64,000 bases of DNA from an uncultured bacterium (GTDB lineage Bacteria > Verrucomicrobiota > Kiritimatiellia > PWTM01): the NCBI GenBank assembly GCA_937139365.1, contig CAKZPT010000079.1:2581-66580 (forward strand). Direction: 5' to 3'. Positions 1-9,113 of this stretch are shown here, piece by piece. The position numbers and the translations under genes were made by a program. The notes beneath the pieces are model-generated. The model saw nothing but the letters and a program-made list of their open reading frames with translations, had not been told where the DNA came from and ran no database searches. Each line of letters opens with the position of its first letter. The stretch's first letter is position 1.

Positions 1-543
1 CGAGGATGAACGCCTTGGGAGGGAGTTGTTGAGCGACCCGAAGGAACGCGCAGAACACATCATGCTGGTGGACCTGGCTCGGAACGACCTCGGACGGGTT
101 TGCACCTCCGGTTCGGTGAGGGTGCCGGAGCTGATGGTCATCGAGCGCTACAGCCACGTGATGCACATTGTCTCCGAGGTCGTCGGCCAGCTCGCCCCGG
201 GCCGGGACGCCTACGACCTGATGCGGGCCACGTTCCCCGCCGGCACCGTGAGCGGAGCGCCGAAGATCCGCGCGATGCAGATCATCGCCGAGCTCGAGGC
301 CTCGCGTCGCGGGCCGTACGCGGGCGCAGTGGCGTATTTTAGCTTCGACGGCAACCTCGACTCGTGCATCACGATCCGGACCCTCATCCTCGACGAGGGA
401 CGGGCCTACGTGCAGGCCGGCGCCGGCGTGGTCGCCGACTCCGATCCGGGCCGTGAGTACGAGGAAACCTGCAACAAGGCCCGGGCGCTGTTGTATGCCC
501 TGGCGATGTCGCGCGCCTTCCGGTCGGGAAGGCCTCCCCCCGC

Positions 544-547
<4 letters not shown>
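1..547 (+). CDS. trpE: Anthranilate synthase component I (C-terminal part; starts before the window)
   Basis: Motifs [47 protein letters not shown]. The frame is open back to the window edge. Confidence 0.93.
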
Positions 548-1107
<560 letters not shown>

Positions 1108-1125
1108 TCGGCCAAAGGAGCCCCC

Positions 1126-1536
1126 ATGGTCCGAATGTCCATTGTCTACCGCGGTGACTTGCGCTGCGAAGCGGTTCACGGCCCGTCGGGCTCGCGCGTC
1201 GAAACGGACGCCCCGGCGGACAACGGCGGCCGGGCCGAGCGTTTCTCGCCGACCGACCTGGTCGCCGCCGCGCTCGGCAGTTGCATGATGACGATCCTCG
1301 GCCTGCGCGCTCGGGAACGCGGCTGGGACCTGGCTGGCATGACCGCCGAGATCGAAAAGGAGATGGGCGGCCCGCCGCGTCAGATCCGGCGCATCGGAGT
1401 ACGGTTGAATATGCCCATCGCGCTGGCGCCGGCCGACCGGGCCGAGGTCGAAGCGCTCGCGAAGGCCTGCCCCGTCGCGCGCAGCTTGCATCCCGCACTG
1501 GAAGCCGACATCCGCTTCGTCTGGCCGGAGAGGTGA
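1126..1536 (+). CDS. OsmC/Ohr-like family protein
   Basis: TDAPxDNGG, FSPTDLVAAALGSC and ACPVARSL (two conserved Cys). AAGGAG RBS. Confidence 0.85.
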   Translation: MVRMSIVYRGDLRCEAVHGPSGSRVETDAPADNGGRAERFSPTDLVAAALGSCMMTILGLRARERGWDLAGMTAEIEKEMGGPPRQIRRIGVRLNMPIALAPADRAEVEALAKACPVARSLHPALEADIRFVWPER

Positions 1537-1553
1537 ATGCGCGGCGCGGCCCG

Positions 1554-3080
1554 CTATTCGCGCCGGTCGCCCGCCACCGCGTAGAGGCGGCGGTGAGTGG
1601 CGACATAGAGGCGTCCGTTGGCGGCGGCGGGTGAGCCCCAGATCGCGCCGCCCTCCAGCAACGCGTCACCGAGCACCTCCAACGCCGCGGCGGCGCGCAA
1701 CGTGTGAAGCCGCCTCCGGTGAGTGCCGATGAAGACCCGGCCGTCCGCGCACAGCGGCGATCCCGAGACCTCGCTCGAGAGTTCCATGGTCCACCGCGGA
1801 GTGCCGTCGCCGGCGTCAAAACAGTGAAGCTTTCCCCCACTGTCGGGGATGAAGACGAGGCCGTCGCGGACCGCCGGCGTGGACATGCAATGGCGGACCA
1901 GCGGCCGACGCCACCGCTCCCGCAGGCGCACCTCCACGCCCACGGGCTCCGCATCTATGCAGACGACCCAGGCCTCTCGCTTACCCCACCAGCGGTCGCC
2001 GCCGACGGCCACGTAGATCCGGCCGTCCACGAGCACCGCCATCCCCTTGATCGTCGAAGGGCCGCCCGCTTCCCGGCGGCCGTTCCACTCGCAGGCGTTC
2101 GCTTTCACGGTCCCCGGGTCGAGGTCCAGGCGGCCCACGCATCTGAGCGTCGCCGACGCCTCGCGGTCGGCGGATAAGCGCTCCAACGGCTCGAATACGC
2201 GCACGACGGCATCGGCGCCGCCCAGCACAATCGGGGGACGCCCCGCCAGCATCCCTAGGGCCGGCGAGGACCACTGGCAATGCACGATCCGGGGACCGAT
2301 CCGTTCCGTGTCCTGCGCTAGAAGACGCCCCGTCCGCTTGTCGACCGCGATGAGCGTCGCGGCGTCCGGCCGCCGGATTCGCCGGTGGGTGTTGTCCACG
2401 CCGTTGCAGGTGTTCAGGTAGAGCAGATCCCCGTCCACGAGAACCGAGGCATAGGTAGCGTCGTGGGTGTGGATGCCGGGTGTCGTGCGAAGGTCCAGCG
2501 ACCAGACGATGTCGGCGTCCAGCGGGCCCAGGCCGGCCGGGGTTTCGCCTTAGGGCGTCAGGAACCGATCCTCATCGAAAAAGGGGCCGTCGTTGCCGTC
2601 GGCCAGGCCGTCGGCGCCGAGGCACAGCAACTCGCCGCGGTTGCCGAGGACGTACAGCCGGCCTTCCTCCACGGTTGGCGGAGAACAGAGACCGGCGCCC
2701 GGCCAGTCGAGGTAGATGTCGCCCGTGAGCTTCGGCACCGCCAGTTGCCACAGCAGACGGCCATCCGACTCGGCGAAGCACATCAGGACGCCGCGGTCGC
2801 CGCCGCGACGGGCGTCGCGCGGCCGTCCGTAATTGGTACCGATGATCACTCGGCCTTCGGCGATGACGGGCGTGCCATAGGTCTTCGTGCCCATCTCCGC
2901 AGTCCACGAGGGCGGCCCGGGCACGGACGGGTGGAACGAGACGGGCAGGCCCGTTTCAGGCGAGACCATGTTGCGCGAATGGCGCGCGCCCCACTGGGGG
3001 CTGTCCCCGCCGAGGGCGAGCGTGGCCGCCGTCAGGACGGCCGCAATGGGCGGCCGTGCGCGAGCGGACCGGCGGCTCAT
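1554..3080 (-). pseudogene. PQQ-binding-like (BamB-type) beta-propeller protein interrupted by an in-frame TAA
   Basis: ORFs 2550..3080 and 1554..2438 are in the same frame. The sequence reads FLTP*GETPAGLGPLDADIVWSLDL across TAA 2550-2552. Signal peptide plus propeller repeats (YGTPVIAEGRV, WSSPA, MSTPAV, SGSP, WGSPAAANGRLY). Confidence 0.75.
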
Positions 3081-4168
3081 ACGGGCGGACTCCCCGCGCG
3101 AGCCGTCCCGCGCGTCCAGAACGGCAGGGCCACGACGCGGCCCGCCAACACGGCCCCTCGCCCGCGAACCGAAAGGGGGGTCCCCACGGCATCCCAGCCC
3201 CGATTCACGTACGCCAGCGCAATCGCCGTCTCCACGCTTGGGCCGTACGCGCCGCTGGTCACCCGGCCGACTTCGCGGCCGTCGGCCAGCACTTCATCGC
3301 CGGCCCGGGCCGCGCGGCGTCCCTCCAGCGCAATGCCAACCAGATGCTGATCACACCCCTCGCGCAGGTCCCGCTCCACCCGCGGGCGGCCGATGAATGC
3401 CTTGCCCGGATCCACGAAGGCCCCGTGCGCCGCGGCCACGGGAGACCGGTCCACTCCCAGCTCATGGCCGTACAGCGGATACCCCATCTCGAGCCGCAGC
3501 GTGTCCCGTGCGCCCAGACCTGCCGGTGCCGCCCCGGACGCCAAAAGCCGCCGCCACAATTCAGGCGTCCGATCGGACGGCACATAGACCTCGTACCCCC
3601 ATTCGCCCGTGTAGCCCGTCCGGCTGATCAGCATTCGACCGCAGGGACTGTCCATCTCGACGAAGCGGAAATAGCCGAGCAGCGGCACCGGCATGCCCAG
3701 CGCCGCCGCCAGAACTGCGTGGGAAGACGGCCCCTGCACGTCGAGCTTGCCCATGCCGGCCGACAGGTCTTCCACGAGCGTGCCGCTCGACACATGGCTG
3801 CGCACCCATTCGAAATCCGACGTCCGCGTGCCGGCGTTCACGATCAGTCGGAAGCGCTCGGGGCCGAGCCGGTAGCATGTGAGGTCGTCCAGCACACCGC
3901 CGTCCTCGCGCAGGAGGTAGCCGTAGCGGCAGCGGCCGACCGGAAGATCCCCCACCCGCTGCGTCAGGAGCCGTTCGAGATCCACCGCGGCCTCCGGCCC
4001 CGAGCATTCGATCTGGCCCATGTGGCAGGTGTCGAATACGGAGCATGACTGGCGCGTCCGGCGGTGCTCCTCGAGAATGCCAGCGTAGCTCAGCGGCATG
4101 TCCCAACCGGCGAACTCCGTCATCCGGGCCCCGAGGCGCAGGTGTTCACTGTACAGCGGAGTGCGCAT
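3077..4168 (-). CDS. gcvT: Glycine cleavage system aminomethyltransferase T
   Basis: FAGWDMP, FDTCHMG, SRTGYTGEWGYE, GLGARDTLRLEMGYPLYG. Confidence 0.95.
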   Translation of the reverse strand: MRTPLYSEHLRLGARMTEFAGWDMPLSYAGILEEHRRTRQSCSVFDTCHMGQIECSGPEAAVDLERLLTQRVGDLPVGRCRYGYLLREDGGVLDDLTCYRLGPERFRLIVNAGTRTSDFEWVRSHVSSGTLVEDLSAGMGKLDVQGPSSHAVLAAALGMPVPLLGYFRFVEMDSPCGRMLISRTGYTGEWGYEVYVPSDRTPELWRRLLASGAAPAGLGARDTLRLEMGYPLYGHELGVDRSPVAAAHGAFVDPGKAFIGRPRVERDLREGCDQHLVGIALEGRRAARAGDEVLADGREVGRVTSGAYGPSVETAIALAYVNRGWDAVGTPLSVRGRGAVLAGRVVALPFWTRGTARAGSPPV

Positions 4169-4174
4169 GCGCCG

Positions 4175-4203
4175 ACTCTAGCGGCGGAAGTCCGGCGCCG
4201 CAA
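4175..4203 (-). promoter_or_regulatory. Putative sigma70 promoter for gcvT (probably leaderless)
   Basis: TTGCGG-N17-TAGAGT on the minus strand, 6 nt before the ATG, with no Shine-Dalgarno. Confidence 0.5.
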
Positions 4204-4310
4204 ACACCCCCTTTCCCGCCGGGCATCCGCCTCGTCGCCGTTTTCGCGCGAAGGAAAACCCGGTATCTTTCCGGCAACGGCATGGCCGTGAGCGGAGGCG
4301 ACGACGGGCG

Positions 4311-5204
4311 ATGAAGGCCGCGGCATGGATGGCGGGCATGGCGATGGTGTGGGGGGCGGCCCGGGCCATGGAGGTCGGCGAGGGCTTTCGAGTTGTGCCC
4401 ATTGGCCCCAGTTCAAGGTTCGAGGCGGCGGCGGTGGCCGATCTCAACGGAGATGGGCGGCCGGACATTTTCTGTGGCGGGTTCTGGTACGAGGCCCCCT
4501 CGTGGACGCCGCATTTCGTTCGCGAGGTCGAGGCGCGCGACGGTTACCACCTCGATTTCGGCGCGATCCCGCTCGATCTCAACGGGGACGGGCACACCGA
4601 CATCGTCGGCGCCACCTGGCACAACCGGGACGTCTACTGACTGAACAACTCTGACCGGGCGGGCGATCCGTGGAAGCTGCGAACGGTGGACACGCCGGGG
4701 AACATCGAGACCGTATTGGCCGCCGATCTCGATGGCGATGGTCGACCGGACATTTTGCCCAACGTCGTCGGGACGCCGGCGTGGTACTCGTGGCGGCCGG
4801 ATCCCGAGGCGGATGGCGGCGTGCGGTGGACGCGGCATCCGTTGCCGGGGCAGGTCGGCAGCCACGGCTTGGGCGTCGGGGATGTGGACGGCGACGGCCG
4901 GCCCGAAGTGATCACGGGCAAGCGGTACTACGCGCACAACGGCAAGGACCCCGGAGCCGAGGACCCCCGCTGCGTTCACGCCTACTCGTGGGATCGCAAT
5001 CGCGGCACGTGGGCACGCCGTACCCTTGCCCATGGCGGCCCGGTCGGTTTCGGCATTTCCACGAAGGCCGACGATATCGACGGCGATGTCGATTTGATCT
5101 GCCCCGGCAAAAGCGGCCTCTATCTGATTGAAAATCTGGGCAATGAAGCTTCCCGACGAGGGAGGCCAAGTCCGGATTTGACGCCGATATCACCAAATCG
5201 TTAA
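4311..5204 (+). pseudogene. FG-GAP/VCBS repeat secreted protein interrupted by an in-frame TGA
   Basis: ORFs 4311..4640 and 4686..5204 share a frame. The sequence reads DVY*LNN at TGA 4638-4640, a position normally Trp (YWxEN). Several DxNGDG/DxDGDG repeats. Confidence 0.75.
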
Positions 5205-5230
5205 GATCAATCGGATCGGAAAGGAGAACG

Positions 5231-6592
5231 ATGCAAATGAGCGTTTCGCGCGTAGGTCGGCGAGGTTTTTTGGCGGCGGCCACGGCGGGAGCGGCGTTGG
5301 CGGCGGTGCGCGGGGCTCGGGGTGTCGCCGCGCCGCGCCGACGGCACGAATCGGTCCTGCAGTTGGCCCTGCCGAAGATGGAAAAGGTGAGGATCGGGGT
5401 CGTGGGCATCGGCTCGCGCGGCTACGAGGCGGTCCGTCGCCTGTGCCGGATCGAGGGGGCGGAGGTCGTGGCCCTGTGCGACATCCGTCCGGAACGGGTG
5501 GCGGCGGGGCAGCATATTTTGGAGAAGGCCGGCCAACCCAGGGCAAAGGAATACAGCGGCGGTGAGAACGAATGGCACCGGCTGTGCGGCGACGCCGACG
5601 TCGATCTGGTCTACAACTGCACCCACTGGGACCTTCACGCGCCCATCTCCGTTCGCGCGATGCAGGAGGGCAAGCACACGGCCGTGGAGGTTCCCGCCGC
5701 CATCACCCTGGAAGAATGCTGGCAGTTGGTCGAGACGGCCGAGGCGACCCGCCGGCACTGCATGATGCTCGAAAACTGCTGCTACGGCTACACGGAGCTG
5801 ACGGTCCTTCGGATGTGCCGCGAGGGGCTGCTGGGCGAGCTCATCTATGGCGAAGGGGCCTACATCCACGATTTGCGCGCCTTGCTGATGAACGAGAAGG
5901 GGTATTTCAGGATGTGGCGCCTGGAACACCAGCAGAAACGAAACGGGAACCTGTACCCGACCCACGGGCTTGGGCCGATTGCGCAATACATGGGGATCAA
6001 CCGCGGCGATCGGTTCGAGAGCATGGTCTCGATGAGCTCGCGAGAGCGTAGCCTCAGCCTGTACGCCGAGACGCGGTTCCCGCCCGAAGATCCGCGGCGG
6101 AAAACGATCCGCCGCGGGGACATGAACACCTCCATCATCCGCACGGCCCTGGGCCGCACCATCCTTGTCCAGCACGACGTCGTCAGCCCTCGGCCCTACA
6201 GCCGGATCAACCTGATCTCCGGCACGAAGGGCTGCTTCGCGGACTATCCCCCGCGCCTGGCACTAGAGCCGGATGCCCACCAGTGGATCGAAGGCGAGGC
6301 ACTGAAAGAGTATCTGACCAGGTATACGCATCCCCTCTGGCACAAGGTCGGCGAGGAGGCAAAGAAGGTGGGCGGCCATGGTGGAATGGATTTTGTGATG
6401 GACTGGCGGCTGATCCAGTGTCTGCGCAACGGCGAACCGTTGGACCAGAGCGTCTATGACGCCGCCGCGTGGAGCGCGATCGCGCCACTCAGCGAGTGGT
6501 CCGTGGCCCGCGGAGGCGCGCCCATCGAGGTGCCGGACTTCACGCGGGGCGAATGGCAGCGCGTGCCGCCCCTGCCGATCGTCGGCGCATAG
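5231..6592 (+). CDS. Tat-exported Gfo/Idh/MocA oxidoreductase, GH109 (alpha-N-acetylgalactosaminidase-like)
   Basis: Tat signal RRGFL, Rossmann GIGSRG, AVEVPAA, MMLENCCYG, YPTHGLGP, GGHGGMD. AAGGAG RBS. Confidence 0.88.
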   Translation: MQMSVSRVGRRGFLAAATAGAALAAVRGARGVAAPRRRHESVLQLALPKMEKVRIGVVGIGSRGYEAVRRLCRIEGAEVVALCDIRPERVAAGQHILEKAGQPRAKEYSGGENEWHRLCGDADVDLVYNCTHWDLHAPISVRAMQEGKHTAVEVPAAITLEECWQLVETAEATRRHCMMLENCCYGYTELTVLRMCREGLLGELIYGEGAYIHDLRALLMNEKGYFRMWRLEHQQKRNGNLYPTHGLGPIAQYMGINRGDRFESMVSMSSRERSLSLYAETRFPPEDPRRKTIRRGDMNTSIIRTALGRTILVQHDVVSPRPYSRINLISGTKGCFADYPPRLALEPDAHQWIEGEALKEYLTRYTHPLWHKVGEEAKKVGGHGGMDFVMDWRLIQCLRNGEPLDQSVYDAAAWSAIAPLSEWSVARGGAPIEVPDFTRGEWQRVPPLPIVGA

Positions 6593-6674
6593 CGACGCCC
6601 CATTCCGACGGCGGCCGAGGGCCTGGGCGCAGCCTGCACGCGGTGCGGCCCTCCAATCGCCGGGTGCCAGGGTT

Positions 6675-6721
6675 TTCCAAGCATTGGAAGACTTGGCACT
6701 GCGGGCTTCCAAGGATTGGAA
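6675..6721. repeat. Palindromic repeat array 1: 2 x TTCCAA-N3-TTGGAA, 32-bp period
   Basis: TTCCAAGCATTGGAA at 6675-6689 and TTCCAAGGATTGGAA at 6707-6721. Confidence 0.85.
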
Positions 6722-6827
6722 TTTTGCCGCTTCGGCCCGCTTCCCGCCCCCTTCCAGTTGGCCGACTGCAGACCGGTCAGGGCGGTTTTAAGTGCCTGCT
6801 CGGAGACGCTCGGCCGCGCGCATCACC

Positions 6828-6898
6828 AGTGCCTGTCCCCATTTTATGCATTGATTTCCAGTAGCTTGTAAGATGCGAAAAAGTGTCTGTCCCCAATT
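6828..6898. repeat. 17-bp direct repeat AGTG(C/T)CTGTCCCCA(T/A)TT flanking an AT-rich 37-bp core
   Basis: AGTGCCTGTCCCCATTT at 6828-6844 and AGTGTCTGTCCCCAATT at 6882-6898. Confidence 0.6.
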
Positions 6899-6959
6899 CG
6901 CGCGCGAGTTGCCAAGAAGAAGACGCGCAGGTGCGGAGGGGCGCATCCTCTCCGTTGGC

Positions 6960-6988
6960 TTGCACGGGTCGGACAGCGGGAGTACGCT
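6960..6988 (+). promoter_or_regulatory. Putative sigma70 promoter
   Basis: TTGCAC-N17-TACGCT upstream of the lipoprotein gene. Confidence 0.45.
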
Positions 6989-7025
6989 GCCCAATCGCGA
7001 TCGAGTCGCAGGTGAAAGGGGACCG

Positions 7026-7844
7026 ATGATGAAGATGAATTGGATCGTTGTGGGCGCCGCCGCGCTGGCCGCCGGCTGCATCGAAAGCCGAACCGTGGTG
7101 ACGGTTAAGAACGACGGAAGTGGCCGGATCGTGGTGGAGGAATACATGTCGCCGCAACTGACGGCGATGATGGACCAGTTCAAGGACACGATCGCCCCCG
7201 GCGCAACCAACAAGCCCGCTACAGCCGCCGATCCCCTCGCGATGTTTGCCGACCAGATCGAGAAGAAAAACCGGGAGTTTGGCGGCAAGGCGCGGCTGGA
7301 GAAGAGGGAACCGGCGGCCAACGCTGCCGGATGGAAGGGATTTCGCCTGACCTACGCCTTTGACGACGTCCGCCAGGTTCTGCTCCCGCTCGGAACCAGC
7401 GCCGAGGGCGACGAGGAGAAGCCCTCGGACCGAATGAAGGTCGAGTTCACGCCCGGACAAAAAGCCGTCCTCCGGCTCGTACCGGCGGCCGACGTGGACC
7501 AACCATCCGGTGTCTCCGCCGCGCCGGCCTCTCCCCCGCCGGAGGCGAATCCGCAGATGGCCGCGATGATGGCCCCCATGTTCGCGGGCATGCGGGTCTC
7601 TCTGGCGATCGCTGTGGACGGGCGAATCACCCGCAACGACGGTGGCTACGTCGCCTCCGACGGCAAGTCGGTCACGCTGCTCGATGTGCCGGTCGACAAG
7701 CTGCTGGGCCATGCCGAGGCCATGAAGCTGATGATGGACAAGTCGATTGGGGACGCCGAAAAGGCACGGCTTCTGGCGGGTCTGAAAATTGACGGACTGC
7801 AGGTGACGGACGTCACCCGGCCGGTCACCATCGAGTTCGAATAA
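7026..7844 (+). CDS. Hypothetical lipoprotein (LppM/DUF3153-like N-terminus)
   Basis: Lipobox LAAGC followed by IESRTVVTVKNDGSG. RBS-like AAAGGGG. Strong coding-type codon usage. Confidence 0.7.
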   Translation: MMKMNWIVVGAAALAAGCIESRTVVTVKNDGSGRIVVEEYMSPQLTAMMDQFKDTIAPGATNKPATAADPLAMFADQIEKKNREFGGKARLEKREPAANAAGWKGFRLTYAFDDVRQVLLPLGTSAEGDEEKPSDRMKVEFTPGQKAVLRLVPAADVDQPSGVSAAPASPPPEANPQMAAMMAPMFAGMRVSLAIAVDGRITRNDGGYVASDGKSVTLLDVPVDKLLGHAEAMKLMMDKSIGDAEKARLLAGLKIDGLQVTDVTRPVTIEFE

Positions 7845-7859
7845 GGACGGCCGCCCACT

Positions 7860-9113
7860 TCAGCGGGGCAGCGAAGACTCGACGATGCCGTCCACGGGGC
7901 GGCACTCGTGGATCGCCCACGCCTTCGCAAATTCGGGGTGGCTTATGGGATAGGCCCTTGCCACGGCGCGGCGCAGCGCCGGCAGAGCGCGGGCCAGCAC
8001 AATGGCGCCGGCCGCGCCCTTGTCGCCGCCGCCCAGCATTCGCTCTCCCAACACGCCGGGCACCGTTCGGGCGATGTCGCACATCGTCTCGAGCTCCGGT
8101 CCGGAAATCTGGTATTGGTCTCGCAGGCCGATCCCGTCGGCCCGGAACAGCGCGCCCAGCCGCGCGATGTCGCCTTCCCGCCAAGCCCGAAGCATCCCGC
8201 GGAACCGTCGTTGGGCGTGGTAGAGATAGGTCAGCCGTTCGCAGTGATGGGGATGCGTCGTCTGGAACCGCGCCAGGATCCGGCGGTAGAGATCGGCGCT
8301 CCGCACGTCGGCCAATTGCCGGATGCCGAACTCCGGCCCCGCCAGCGCCACCAGTTCCTCGCACTCGGCCCGGCGGATGCGGTAGGTCGACTTTTCGAGC
8401 CCGGGGCGGACCGTACCGGTGTCCAGGCTGACGATCCGAAAGTCCGGCGCACCGCTCCCCAGCGGCACATGGCGGATGCGCCGATCGGAAGGCCGGTAGT
8501 GCGTGCCCATCCCTGCCCGGGCGAACAGGATCATGATCTGGTCCAACTGCCCGCAGGGCGAGCCGATGTACACGTTTTCCACCGCCTGGGCCATGTCCAC
8601 GAGGTCGAGCGGGTGTCGCGGCCGGGCGTGGGCGGCATCGAGCATCGTCATCAGCAGGTTCAGCGTCAGCGACGCAGAGCGCGACATGCCGCCGCCGGGG
8701 ATGTTGCCCACCAGGACCGCGTCGAACCCGGCCGGCGGAGAAAACCCCTCTCGGCGCAGGATGAAGTCGGCGCCGCAGGGAAAACGCGCCCACGAATCCC
8801 GGATCGAGCGCGGCGGCGGGACTTCCCCGGGCCGGAACTCGACGACGCCGTCGCCGGGGAAATTGCCGCTGAAGAACCTGACGCGGCCCGAGGTGTTCGG
8901 CTTCCAGGCCAGCCAGATGAAGCGGTCGGTCCCGATGCCGAAGAGCTCGGTGCCGTTGTAGTCGCCATGCTCGACACCGAAGCAGAAGCGCGAGGAGGAT
9001 CGCCGCAGGCGCCCGCCGGCGATGTCGAGCCCCGCCCACGCGGCGAGCCGGCGCAGCAGCACCACGGCCTCGCGGTCCGTCGATGGCGGACGTAAGGCGG
9101 CCAAGGCCGTCAC
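7860..9113 (-). CDS. Divergent galactokinase-like GHMP sugar kinase
   Basis: RFCFGVEHGDYN (cf. GRVNLIGEHTDYN), NIPGGGMSRSAS (ATP loop), CGQLDQ, GERMLGGG. GTG start overlaps the symporter TGA (GTGA). Confidence 0.78.
   Translation of the reverse strand: MTALAALRPPSTDREAVVLLRRLAAWAGLDIAGGRLRRSSSRFCFGVEHGDYNGTELFGIGTDRFIWLAWKPNTSGRVRFFSGNFPGDGVVEFRPGEVPPPRSIRDSWARFPCGADFILRREGFSPPAGFDAVLVGNIPGGGMSRSASLTLNLLMTMLDAAHARPRHPLDLVDMAQAVENVYIGSPCGQLDQIMILFARAGMGTHYRPSDRRIRHVPLGSGAPDFRIVSLDTGTVRPGLEKSTYRIRRAECEELVALAGPEFGIRQLADVRSADLYRRILARFQTTHPHHCERLTYLYHAQRRFRGMLRAWREGDIARLGALFRADGIGLRDQYQISGPELETMCDIARTVPGVLGERMLGGGDKGAAGAIVLARALPALRRAVARAYPISHPEFAKAWAIHECRPVDGIVESSLPR

Noticed and set aside
4169-4310. 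Glycine riboswitch upstream of gcvT
   Set aside because: Conserved GGAGA / CCGAAG / CTCTCAGG elements are absent, and the promoter abuts the ATG.
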